From: Octopus sinensis
Lineage: Eukaryota
Direction: 5' to 3'
NCBI RefSeq assembly: GCF_006345805.1
Contig: NC_042999.1
Coordinates: forward strand, 48,298,001 to 48,362,000
DNA: 64,000 nucleotides
Every line of letters begins with the position of its first letter. The first letter of the stretch is position 1. Positions 25,205 to 36,560 of the stretch are shown here, piece after piece. Under the pieces are notes generated by a model. It saw only the letters and a program-made list of their open reading frames with translations, made no database searches and had not been told where the DNA came from. The position numbers and the translations under genes are program-made.

Positions 25205-25600
25205 GAGTTTATGTCGATTTCATCGACCTTCAGTACTCCACCGGTATGTAATTTATCGACCTCAAAAGGATGGAAGGTAAAGTCCATCTTGGAATTTGAA
25301 TTTAGAACGTAGAAACGGGCGAAATACCGCTAAGCATTTTGCGAGTCGTGCCAACGATTCTCCGAGCTTGCCACTTTAGCAGCAACAAGTAATAATCGTT
25401 TGTTCTAAAGGCACAAGAAACGAAATCTTTAAAGATAAAACTAGTAGATTAAACTGACCCCAGGGTTTTAGTGGTTCTTAATTTATCGACACCGAAATAG
25501 TGAAATGCAACGTCGATCTCGGTGGAATTTGAACTTAGAACATAAATACGGACCAAGTAATTCGCTCGGCATGTTAAAATCTCTGCCAGCTCGCCACATT
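25205..25600 (-). mobile_element. Two tandem SINE family A copies
   Basis: aatttatcgacctcaaaaggatggaaggtaaagtc...gaatttgaa and aatttatcgacaccgaaatagtgaaatgcaacgtcgatctcggtggaatttgaac. Confidence 0.8.
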
Positions 25601-26069
25601 CGCAACAACATTAATAATAAGAACAATAATGGGCACAGTGACAATGACAACAAAAAATAGCGAAAATTATGATGATGAGAACGGCGATGATGATGATGAT
25701 AAAGATGATGATGAAAAGGAAGCCTATGATGATGGTGATGATGATGATAATGATGATGACCAAAACGACGACGTTACAGTTCATATTTGAAAGTGGAATG
25801 AGGAAGAGAGCACAGGAAGAGGAAAATGAATTTGATGAGAATAGCCTTAATGAATAGCAAAATTTCCGGAAAAATCTGATGAAAAATTAATGTAAAGGAA
25901 CGAGAGGCCACGGTCTTAGTTGATTTGTAGACAGATTTTGCGAGGCTATAAAATTAACATAAAAATATGGACACTGTGTTATATCGGGAATATCTAAACA
26001 CAAAATTACAACGGTAAGTATAACCAAATGTTGACTTTAGTTAGTTTTCCTAGATTTAGGAAAACACCC

Positions 26070-26170
26070 TAGATCAGTTAATTATGTTTGTTTTCAAAAT
26101 GCTCCTGTCTCAGATTTACACACTTAGTTCAGATATCCTTCAGTTTTTTCTCAGCGCAGTAAAAGAACTC
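26070..26170 (-). mobile_element. Fragment of the mariner 3' end (same family as the 27666 MITE)
   Basis: gatcagttaattatgtttgttttcaa.atgc.cctgtctcagatt.acacactta shared with 27692-27750. Confidence 0.8.
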
Positions 26171-26911
26171 CTAAGCGTAGCAATGATTTAAGCCACTTGG
26201 ACATTTGGTAGCAGTGCAAACTGTAAGCAAAAACAAGTTAACTTAGAATAAATACATCACGTAAGAATAACAAGTATTTGGGAAACATATGAAGGACCTC
26301 AGAGTGAAAACAGAAAACCCGCTAAATTTTTTAAAATATAAATAAAAAAATTTAGACCCAAACCTAGTATGTCTATGGTATAGAACTGCGTATCCGCTGT
26401 TCTTGAAGAAAATATCAGAACTTAGGATACGATGCTGAAGTTAGCGAATTATTCGGAGGAGAAATTTCAGAAAAATATCTCTGAAAAATAGTTGAATATT
26501 AAGCCAGCTTCTAGTTTAAAATCCTCAAATGTGGGAGTATAAAAGTGAAAAATTTCATGATGGCGTCAATTATCATTGCGTTCTTGCATAAGAAAGAGCT
26601 TGAGCACAAAACTTTGAAAAGTTTTTTGAATTCAAAGTACGAACAGATACGAAAAGTATAAAGAAATATAAAAATATACCGTAAAGAAATATATTCCATA
26701 CAGACTTCATAAAATGTCCATTTTCTCGAACAAATTGCACCTCGAGGAAAAATTCATAATTAAGCAATGTTAAACAATAATAAAATGATGAACAGAAAAG
26801 CAATAATAAATGAAATTTTCTGCCTCACGCACACGAACAATTTTGAGGTGTGAGAATAGTTGATTAGATTGTCCTCAGACTAGTATTAATATTATATAAT
26901 ATGGATAACAC

Positions 26912-27100
26912 GGCAAACTTGCACAATCGTTAGTATGCCGTGTAAAATGCTTAGCAGTCTTTCGTCCGTCTTTATGTTCTGCCGAGATCGAATTTCCCTT
27001 TCATTATTTCAGGGTCGAGAAAATAAGTCCCAGTTGAACACGGAGGTCGATTTAACTCTCTCCTCTGATATTGCTAGACTTGTGCCAACATTTGAAACTA
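26912..27100 (+). mobile_element. SINE family A (decayed)
   Basis: aaaatgcttagcagtctttcgtccgtc...gggtcgagaaaataagtcccagttg...gacttgtgccaacatttgaaac. Confidence 0.75.
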
Positions 27101-27129
27101 ATATTATATTATAGTTCTATATTTAAATT

Positions 27130-27437
27130 ATTTGCATTTGACGGATATTTATCCTCATCTTGTTTGTTGTTAACGCAGCGTTTCGGCTTATATACTCCGG
27201 GCAAATGGCGTAGTGGTTAAGAGCGAGGGCTACTAACCCCAACATTCCGAGTTCGATTCCAGGCAGTGACCAGAATAATAATAATAATAATGATAATAAT
27301 AATAACAACAACATCATCGAATAAGAACCATGGATCGAAATTTCCCTAAGACATCTGATGAAGGCTGGACAGTATACCAGCGGAAACGTTGTGTTGACAA
27401 CAAAGAAGATGAGGACAAATATCCGTCAAATGTAAAT
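27130..27437 (+). mobile_element. tRNA-headed SINE-like element (family E) with HHR-like 3' end and an inverted copy of that end at its 5' side
   Basis: Head 27199-27271 has A box TGGCGTAGTGG and B box GTTCGATTCC; then (AAT)n; CTGATGA at 27355 and GAAAC at 27383; 27130-27198 is the reverse complement of the 3' ~70 nt; second copy at ~54870-55110. Confidence 0.8.
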
Positions 27438-27454
27438 ATTATATTTTATTGATA

Positions 27455-27660
27455 GGGCGGTGAGTTGCAGAATCGGTAGCACGCCGAGCAAAATGGTTAG
27501 TGCTGTTTTGTCCATCCTAATGATTTGCGTACAGTTTTCGCTGAGGCCGACTTTGCCTTTTATCCTTTCGGGATCGATAAATAACACCACTTGAACTCTG
27601 GATTTACTACCATGCCATTCCCACGTCGGTATTGCTTGTCTTTTGCCCAAATTTTAAAAC
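27455..27660 (+). mobile_element. SINE family A (decayed)
   Basis: ggcggtgagttgcagaatcggtagcacg...gaggccgactttgccttttatcctttcgggatcgataaataa. Confidence 0.8.
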
Positions 27661-27665
27661 AATAT

Positions 27666-27860
27666 TACAAGTAGGTGCTGAAAACTTCCTGGATCAGTTA
27701 ATTATGTTTGTTTTCAACATGCCCCTGTCTCAGATTCACACACTTATTGCAGGTGTCCTTCTGTTTTTCTCAGCCCAGTAAAAGAACTGCTAAACTTGGT
27801 CTTCCAACCAGGCATCGCATGACACTCTTAAAACCAGGAATTGTTCAGCATGACCTCGTA
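27666..27860 (-). mobile_element. Mariner-derived MITE (~195 bp) with ~27-bp imperfect TIRs and TA ends
   Basis: tacaagtaggtgctgaaaacttcctgg ... ccaggaattgttcagcatgacctcgta; the interior on the minus strand encodes GLRKTEGHLQ.CVNLR, like the 3' end of the 10.3-11.5 kb mariner. Confidence 0.85.
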
Positions 27861-28369
27861 TATTATATAGAACATCAGATTTGAAAATTATTCATGAGGC
27901 GAAAAAAAAAATATATATTAGTGTGCTTTATCCAGAATAGAATTATATTCGGCCTAAAACAAATTCCAAATATATGGTAATCAGTAATCTGCTCATTATA
28001 AAACACAATTAACATAATACTTAACACGAAAACGTGTGGAATTACTCACTACATTGTGCTAGCGTTCTTTCCTAGCTACCCTTATCCATTAACATTTCCC
28101 CAGCTGAAAGCCACTCGATCAATTTGCAGTATTTTTGTTAATTTCACAAGTTATTGAACAAATTTACTATATATTTGCACTACTTTTTCCTCAAATCTTT
28201 AATTCCTTAGTTCAAAATGTATAAAAGAAACACACAAAATAATGAGTGCCTGGGTATGGACGAAACATAACTAAATGCTTATTTACATTCCTCTCAGATT
28301 TGTGTACAATACGACGCTATATTTCGCATGATATTCATGATGTTTTAAACCAGAACGTAATGAAATCAC

Positions 28370-28428
<59 letters not shown>

Positions 28429-28650
28429 CAGTAGTAGCAGCAGCAGCAATAGAAGCAATATCACAGTAGCAGTAGTGGTAGTAGTAGTTTAAAAGGAGGA
28501 GTAGGAGGAATAACATAATTTTAAACAGTAGTTGATGATGATGATGATGACAATTCTGATCATCGTTATCATTATCATGGCGATGGTAGTGATGGTGGTA
28601 ATGATGGTAATCTTCTTGTTGTCCTTGGTAGTGGTGATGATAAAATGAGG
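28370..28650. repeat. Compound (AGT)n/(AGC)n/(GAT)n degenerate microsatellite
   Basis: Direct reading of the sequence. Confidence 0.9.
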
Positions 28651-29754
28651 ATTTTGATATTGAGTTTGATAAAGGGGCGATTACTGACATTTTCATAATG
28701 ATTCTTTCTTTCTATATACATTAAAGAGTTGGAAACTCTATATACTTGTCCATGGATTAAATTTAATCTAGCAACTGACGTTCTTACTTATAAATACTAA
28801 AATAATTTGCAGCTTGTAATAATCTATCAGTTTACTGACAAAAGCCTGTTATTTTTGCGCGAATGTTGTTTATTTCCTTATAAACTAATTTCATACATTA
28901 ATCATCGCAGCGCAACATACGGCAAAATAGCCATCAATTACGCAGCCTACTTGAATTTACAGATCTTTCTCGTTTCCTTCCAACCACTCGAAAAATTTTC
29001 AATTTTCAATGGATTGTTCGAATTTTTCATACTGATGTAGTTTTACCATGATGAAGAAATCGCATTAAATGTTTTCAAAAATGAATAATAAAGAAGTTAG
29101 AAGCATTTAATTATATGTTATTTTAGACACTGTAGAACTATGAGTGTCACCACGCTGTTTATCCTCTCGCCTGTGACAGGTCCGTGTGCTTTCTCCTTGT
29201 TGGGTATGGGTTCCATACTACAGCGAAATCGGTGCGTTGTTATTTTAGGAATATGCGAGTATGTGCAGTACAGGTCACCGTAAATAGTCATCCTCGGTAG
29301 AACTGATTATCGAATGCAATCTGCAAGTGCATCACGATATCGAGAAGGCAGAGCGAAAAGAGAAACAAAATTTCTCGAATTTCGCGTTACACGACGTTGG
29401 AAAGCCACTGTTCAGGTAGCATTTGAACCCCAATTCTTGTATTTTCTTCTCAAAAATAGAGTTTCGTCTATTTCAACAATTCCTCTGGAACCAACCTAAA
29501 TCTTCATAGGATTATAGATTCTTCTGTTCATATCTACCGTAAATCAATGTTATAGTCTACAGTGATAGTAGTGACATATATCCCCAATTCTTTGTTATAA
29601 AACCTAGTAGTTGTCCAACGGCATGCTGGAGTTGCCATGACAACAAAAGTGTCCTCACTGCTGAAGACACTGGCTTAAAATACGTTGGATAAAATATGTA
29701 AATTTAAATGCCTTGAAATTATTTATTATAAATTTTCCAAAATAATAGTTTCAA

Positions 29755-29940
29755 AGTCCAACAAGTTGGGCGGATAGAGTAAGTTGGTTACATCGACCCT
29801 AGTGTTTAAGTGGTAGTTATTTCATCGAACCTAAAAAGATGAATGGCAAATTTGATCTCAGCAGAATTTGAACATAGAAGATAAGGACGGACAAAATGCT
29901 ACTAAGCATTTTGCTCGACGTGCGAGAGAGTCTGCCGCTC
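29755..29940 (-). mobile_element. SINE family A (decayed)
   Basis: catcgaccctagtgttt...tttcatcgaacctaaaaagatgaatggcaaatttgatctcagcagaatttgaac...ctaagcattttgc. Confidence 0.75.
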
Positions 29941-31174
29941 GCTGTATTAATTTTCCGGTATAATAGCGGCGATATTCGTCACTAGCACATAAAACTGTAT
30001 CAAAATCAAATTTTTGGAAACTTTTCAGATTAAGATTTATAGTTGGAAGAAAACGAAAGAAGATTCGAGTTTATTATCGTGAAATAACTAAAGTTTTAAT
30101 AGTATCTGTAAGGAAGCCAGGAGTGTCATACGAACACTGCATCACGTCAAAACTTTTTGGTAATATATTTTAAAGGAAGCTGTCAGTCTCAGTCGGTCTA
30201 GCTTCGCAGTCAACCTGGAGAACGCAAGTCGACGTTTATATTTTTTGAAAGCTCAATTCTCATTTAAGCGTAAAATTTTGACCTTTCTTATATTTATTTC
30301 CTTCGTTCTTACAATAGATGTCTCACATACGTCATATTTTTTTCTCAGTACATTACAGTTTAGTCTACAACATGAGCGCTTAGGAATATCGCTACCAATT
30401 GATTTCGTTACTAGAATAACTGATGTCTCAGCAAGAATTTCGAGTCCTAAAAGAAAGTAACTGAAAACAGCCGAACATATTGTTCAATGCGCTAGTTTGT
30501 GTGAATTAATAGTTCTAGTCTAATAGTGAAATAAAGCATTAATAGCAAATTAATGATTTGGGATCTAATTTACCATAAAAATCAAGTGGGCAAACCAAAC
30601 AGTACCCAAGTTGGAAAATCTCATGTATATCTCAAGCGGTTGTATAATGAAACAAAGTTTATGTAAGACAAAATTCCAACATCTGGATACCAGAATAAAA
30701 TGGGATTACTGACTTTGGTTCCATCTCTTCAGCTCTGCAAAAATTGATTTTCCAGATCCTCACTCCTCAAATTGTAAACCTCTCCATTTTATTTTCTGCA
30801 TGAAAACCGTCGCTATACTTGCAGCTGCTGTTTTCTTCTCCTTCTTCCAATCAGGACTTACGCCATTAGCCACAAAGAATAATCTCTAATTCGAGCCTAC
30901 TCTAAGCTACTAAGAATGCGTGTGGCAATTTGAAGAACTACCCACCACAGGCGATAGACTGGCGGGTGCACGGGCGCGAAAGCTACGTTATCTTCATTCT
31001 GTAAACGGTGGCTTTTAACGGATGGAGAGCTGAAACATCCTGGAGTACAGAGGATTCGCAATCTAGACTAGTGTCTGTAAGTTTACCACACCATTGTGGG
31101 TTACACCATTGTTCCTTCTAGAGGGAAAGAACGTTGTGGTTAAAGAGTACAGTTGGTTTAACAACCACTTCCCG

Positions 31175-31300
31175 CCGGAGCCTCGTAGAGCTTAGGTGTT
31201 TTTGCTCAATAAATACTCACAATGCCCGATCTGGGAATTGAAACCGCGTTCTTACGACTGCGCGTTCGCTGGCCTTACCACTGGGCTACTGCGCCTCCAC
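31175..31300 (-). mobile_element. tRNA-derived SINE (family C)
   Basis: Minus strand gtggaggcgcagtagcccagtggtaagg...ggtttcaattccc has A- and B-box-like sequences. Confidence 0.75.
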
Positions 31301-33697
31301 TTGCAGCTGCTATTGATACTGAGGCTGTTGTTGACGTTGTTTTTCCCGTTACCATTTTTTCAGCAACACGTAAAACATAAATTATTTAACCATATCTATT
31401 CCAGTTTATTAACTGATAGAATATGCTTGGGGTGACGTCATCTAATACAACAAGGTAGAACGACCCGTGTAAGATTTTCAATTTGACGTAAGTGACTACG
31501 TTGGTTATTTCTTGCAGTTTAAATGATTACGTAGAGCCTCGCGTGTTGCTCATTATTTTCAGATAAATTTGCAAACGTCTATCATATATGATTAAACCGA
31601 TAAAACTTCAAACTGAATATAAACCTGATCGATATTCTTGTTGTGAAACAGACTGCAAAGGTCAGAAGCACTTCTATTCCACCTCTGGCTACTTTATAAA
31701 AAAGCATCTTAATTTTGATAAAATACGGATTTGAATTCGAAATCTGGGTAGCTTATAAATCATAACGTCTCCCCCTCAGGTACATTTCCTTACATCACGA
31801 AGTGTATTTGTTGATATGTGTATATATATACTAAGAGCCGAAAATAAGACGCTAATCTCTGAAATAATTCAAAGGGGAAAATATGAATCATATCGATATT
31901 CTATATTCATTAGGATAGCAATTATAAAATGTTTGCCGCTAACTATAATAATTTTCATCCAACGAGAAATGATTGTTTTAAATATTATTTTTATTTTATT
32001 ATGGATATTGATTTCTGAAGAGTGTATTGAGTTTTCGCAGATTACAATTTGGTCATTTTTATCGTTTTAATTTTAAAAGTTATTTTTATCGCTTATTTCC
32101 ATCATTTTCAGATTTTAGAATATTATGTTTTATTTCATTTTTTTTCCTACTTTCAAGTTGTGTTACCCTAGCTTAATAAATTCGAGACGTCAACGAATCG
32201 AAAATATGTATTAAAATTTTATCAACAATAATAAATACTACCAATCTACATAGAAACAGAAACCTGTTTATACATACTTTGATACATACACGTAAAGTTT
32301 TATATAAAATGTGTCCGTGTGCGTGCTTAAGTGGACGTGTGCATTTATAAACTAAACACATGGATATAGATGCTTGCATGCATGCATGCATCCACATATA
32401 CATACATATATTTATTATATATATATATATATATATATGTGTGTTTATGTGTGTGTGTGTGTGTGAGTGTGTGTGTGTGTAATGAGTGTAACAACTCCAT
32501 GTTACAACTACAATTTAGTGGATATTTTTGTTATATGTTAACTTTATATATTACTCTAATATTCTCTTTATAATATCGTAATGTTCCAAACTTTTATGTG
32601 GTAGTTATCTTGGTTTCGTGTGTGGGTGTGCGGGTGTGTGTGTGGTCTGTGCGTGTGTGTATGTGTGTATGTGTGGTGTGTCTGTGTGTGTGTGTATGTT
32701 TCTCTGTATTTTTTAAATGATCTAATTATAACAGATGAATACGGCTTAAAAATATTTCGCTATGAGTCCATGTAAACAAAACTCAACAGAAAGATCATTA
32801 AAACAAGTTTTGCGTGATTTTTTAAACTAAATTTTAGGAGAAAAACCATAACACTTAGTTATATTCAAGACACACTAATGATATTATATTTTGATTTGAA
32901 ATAGTTTTTTTTTTCATCGAAAACATTCAGTTTTTCTGAAGGTTATCCTAAAAATGCTGGGTAGCATATATTTTATTACCTCCGAAATTATTTTCGCATG
33001 TGCGTGCGTGAAAATATTAACGTTTTGGAATTAAAGGAGTTTCAAGAAAACATTAAATGACTTAGACAACACGTCAGGAAATTCTTTGTTTCAAAGGCAA
33101 TATCTAATATTTTACAATAAATTATTCTTTTTCAAAAATCATTTATGTATGCAAGACTAGTGTGTTATCGTTGTTTTAATGTTCTGAAAGTATAATTATG
33201 CCGATAATATCGTCTCATAAATTTATTTGCTTTTAACTCGATGTAATCTAGTCCATTCTGATGATGTCAGATGTGACAGAGGTTCCAAAGATATCGGAAT
33301 TTATCATTGACTACAGAGATAAGTTTTGTAAATGGAAATTTCTCATACTATTAATGTTATTTTGTCTCTGGTAATTTCAAATGGTCATTATTTTTTTATT
33401 TTTCTTAATGGACGTCATTGTGTTAACAGTGAAGTTTATTGTTGAATCTCGAGTAAAATTCAGCTGAAGATTTTTTCCCCAATCGCTGGTCAGTTACAAA
33501 CATATATAAATTCATACACACACGCTCGCACACGCAAACACACACACACACACACTCACACAAACAGACGCACTCAGACACACAGAAACACATATATTGT
33601 GTCATCCCATAAATAATGTGATTCTTTTAATTGCATGAACTAAAGATCGGAGGAGACGGGATAAACTACCTGCATCAACTTGCTCTAAAATCAGGTA

Positions 33698-34210
33698 GTG
33701 AAGGTGACGCCTGCGGTCGTCTGCGAGGGTTCAAAGGCAACTTTGACCCTGTGGAAGCCAGTGGCCACAGGCGAAATGACCTTCCCCGAATTTCTGAGAA
33801 TGGCTGGCTCCAGGTATCCAGTGATACTTAAGGGTCGTACCCCCCATGTGTCACTCGTGCCGGAGTCATGCCACATTAAGGACGACTTCCCCCGGGGCCG
33901 GGGTAAGGTCCTGGAAGTGTCAGTGTGTGCCACCTCCCCTACCCGGTCAAAGGGTGAAGCGGATGTGGCTGAAGAAGTTTTAACCTCGTCAACCCAAAAA
34001 GGATTAAAAACGAAAAAGGCGCCAACAATGGTTGCCAGCCGAAGGACACTGAGGCTTCGGAAGTTGGGGAAGAGACTCCGGACAAAGCGAAAGAGCTCCA
34101 GTCTCCCGAAGTCAAGAAGGAAAGGAAAAAAAAGAAAGAAGAACGGGTCATTGCAGATGGACGATGATATGCCGTCTGCATGTCCCGAAGTTGTGCCACC
34201 CACGGTGTAA
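33698..34210 (+). CDS. Unidentified ~170-aa ORF with a very basic Arg/Lys-rich C-terminal tract (hypothetical; start codon uncertain)
   Basis: Non-repetitive open frame in a GC-richer island; RRTLRLRKLGKRLRTKRKSSSLPKSRRKGKKRKK; no family recognised. Confidence 0.45.
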   Translation: MKVTPAVVCEGSKATLTLWKPVATGEMTFPEFLRMAGSRYPVILKGRTPHVSLVPESCHIKDDFPRGRGKVLEVSVCATSPTRSKGEADVAEEVLTSSTQKGLKTKKAPTMVASRRTLRLRKLGKRLRTKRKSSSLPKSRRKGKKRKKNGSLQMDDDMPSACPEVVPPTV

Positions 34211-34308
34211 GAATCGACCCCAACCCTTAAAGATGATGAATTAATTATCTTTTTCTACAAGGGCGTGTAGATGGAATAATAGTAGAACATAAATTGACAG
34301 TAGATATG

Positions 34309-34524
34309 GCCTTAACACGGGATCCCGAATGGCCTCCGCAGATAGCTGTGGAGGTCATAAGGTTTCCCGTGTGGGAAAAGCTTAAAAGATTTGAAGAGGA
34401 ATGTTGCATATGGACGGGTGGGCCTTACACGACTTATATGTCGTACATGAGAGAGGCATGGGAAATGGCAGGATACAGGAACTCAAGCAGCATTGAAGAT
34501 AATGATGGATATATCGATGAGTAG
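34309..34524 (+). CDS. Unidentified 71-aa ORF (MALTRDPEWPPQ...EDNDGYIDE)
   Basis: ATG-initiated, Trp/Tyr-rich with an acidic tail; same strand and ~100 bp after ORF 33698-34210. Confidence 0.45.
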   Translation, partial: ALTRDPEWPPQIAVEVIRFPVWEKLKRFEEECCIWTGGPYTTYMSYMREAWEMAGYRNSSSIEDNDGYIDE

Positions 34525-34690
34525 GAGGTGAAAAACCTCGTTAAAGGGTTTGAAACCTCATCTTATTGCATTATTTGTTGTGGCTTATAACCTTGATTGT
34601 TAAGGATTTTTTTTAAATGTTAAGTAAGAGGTTTTAGGGCCTCCTTCTTGTAAGAGGTTTGAAACCTCATACTGATTTTTAAAAAATCCA
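34525..34690. repeat. Cluster of four imperfect 15-16-bp palindromes, consensus GAGGTTT-G-AAACCTC
   Basis: Copies at 34525-34539, 34545-34559, 34628-34643 and 34654-34668 (the last is perfect). Confidence 0.85.
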
Positions 34691-34834
34691 ACCGGCGGGT
34701 TTTGGGTTTCGTCTCTCATTTATACATTTTATTTCATTTTCATTCATTAATGTGTTTGTCCAGCCTGCAGCTACTCTGTATACTGCCTTTATGACAAATA
34801 TAATGAAATAAAGCAGCTTGCATACGAACCACAC

Positions 34835-35130
34835 AGAATGTTAGTGGATTTCGTAGACGGAAACTAAAAGAAGTCCGTCGTATATATGTATATATATATA
34901 CATATATACATGTGTGTATATGTTTGTGTCTCTGTGTTTGTCTCCCCAACATTGCTTGACAACCAATGCTGGTGTGTTTATGTCCCTGTAACTTAGCGGT
35001 TCGATAAAAATAACCGATAGAATAAGTACTAGGCGTACAAAGAATAAGTTCTAAGGTCGATTTGCTCGACTAAAGTTGGTGCTCCAGTATCGCCACAGTC
35101 ACATGATTGAAACAGGTAAAAAGGTAAAAT
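34835..35130 (+). mobile_element. SINE family B (5'-truncated)
   Basis: gtggatttcgtagacggaaactaaaagaag...gtaacttagcggttcg...gatagaataagtactaggc...gtcgatttgctcgactaaag. Confidence 0.85.
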
Positions 35131-35149
35131 AGTATATAATGTGTTTCTC

Positions 35150-35173
35150 TACAACAACAACAACAACAACAAC

Positions 35174-35266
<93 letters not shown>

Positions 35267-35378
35267 AAGAAGAAGAGAAGAAGAAGAAGAAGAAGAAGAA
35301 GAAAGAAGAAGAAGAAGAAGAAGAAGAAGAAGAAGAAGAAGAAGAAAAGAAGAAGAAGAAGAAGTAGAAGAAGAGTCC
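35150..35378. repeat. Compound (AAC)n(AAT)n(AAG)n microsatellite
   Basis: Direct reading; it accounts for ORFs 35139 and 35141. Confidence 0.95.
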
Positions 35379-35384
35379 TTTCTA

Positions 35385-35572
35385 CGAAAATTAGAAGGCC
35401 TAAGATTTAGGGGAGGTGACTAGTCGATTACATCGAACCAGTATTTCACTGGTACTCAAATTATCGACCCCAAAAGGATGAAAGGCACAGTCGACATTGG
35501 CGGAATTTGAACTCAGAAGGTAAAAAACCATGGAAATGCAGCTAAGCATCTTGCTCGATGTGCTAACGATTT
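35385..35572 (-). mobile_element. SINE family A
   Basis: aattatcgaccccaaaaggatgaaaggcacagtcgacattggcggaatttgaactcagaag. Confidence 0.85.
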
Positions 35573-35610
35573 AACAACATCAATTATAATAATAATAATA
35601 ATAATAATAA

Positions 35611-35649
<39 letters not shown>

Positions 35650-35869
35650 TAGTAAAGATAATTGTAGAAAATAGTAGTAGTGACACATGGTTATGTTTGC
35701 TGAAAAGGAGGCCGAAAAGTGAGACAGAAGGATTGTTAGTAGTAGCATAAAATCAAGCATTGTTGACTAATTGTTGACTAATTGGATAAAAGACAAGGAA
35801 CACAATAACTAGGTAGATTTCCATTGTAGGTTACGTAAATCAAAGGAGGAATATGTTACTCAGATAGTA

Positions 35870-36340
35870 TGTGAATTTCACACACTTGTACAGAAAGAAT
35901 ATAAGAAAGACATGACAACCTAGGGAGAGTAATCCACTGGGATTTATGTAGAAAGCTAGGATTTGATCGTATACGATAAGTGGTATGAACATGAACTTCG
36001 TAACGTACTAGAAAGTAAGAAACTTTATTATTCAGATAGACTGAATAATAGAAGCAACAAAGCATGATCTATTAGTAGACTAAGATAATATAAAACACTA
36101 GGTAATTGATTTTACTGTGGCAAATGATGAGAAAGTCAATATGAGAAGTATAAAAAATAGCAACGTATCAGTATCTAGAGGCATTGGGAACTATTTGGGA
36201 ACAGATGGATAGAGGAAATAGTCATAAAATAAAGTTTAGTACAGCCCCAGAAAAACAGTGTTATGATGGACTGCTAGAATACTTATGTGGGTTCTTTACA
36301 TCTAAAGTTACTTGATGTAGCCTGATGTTAGGATTCTTTC
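35870..36340 (+). mobile_element. Older decayed R4/Dong-like RLE retrotransposon fragment
   Basis: Frameshifted LVQKEYK(K)RHDNLGRVIHWDLCRKLGF..DKWYEHE, the conserved post-CCHC region of the R4/Dong clade. Confidence 0.75.
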
Positions 36341-36389
36341 TTTTCCAACAATCTAATCTGTTGTGCGCATATGAAATAATAAAAATTTT

Positions 36390-36450
<61 letters not shown>

Positions 36451-36560
36451 GTTAGATAGAGTTAGATAGATAGTTACATAGATAGGCAAATATACAGACA
36501 GACAGATAAATAGCTAGCTAGCTAGATAGATAGATATATATAGATGGATAGATTGATAGA
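36390..36560. repeat. (GATA)n microsatellite, degenerate at the 3' side
   Basis: Direct reading of the sequence. Confidence 0.95.

Noticed and set aside
25143-25222. 42-bp tandem duplication (tagcggaagattggagaagagtttatgtcgatttc x2)
   Set aside because: Only two copies at a SINE end; ordinary slippage, not a CRISPR or minisatellite array
27199-27271. tRNA gene
   Set aside because: The acceptor stem does not pair, and the sequence runs into a repeat body shared with 54870-55110, so it is a SINE head
29150-29470. GC-richer island with short open frames on both strands
   Set aside because: No consistent splice-site pair or recognisable peptide; it cannot be supported as an exon
30735-30775. 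GSGKS Walker-A-like word on the minus strand
   Set aside because: It is bounded closely by stops, lacks the preceding G-x spacing and has no downstream Walker B
33253-33300. CTGATGA-TGTCA-GATG-TGACA hammerhead-like start
   Set aside because: Helix II is perfect, but it is followed by GAGG rather than GAAA, with no convincing helix I or III
33691-34203. 170-aa antisense ORF overlapping ORF 33698-34210
   Set aside because: Probably a shadow of the GC-richer sense frame; ORF2 and the in-frame extensions favour the + strand, although this is not proven
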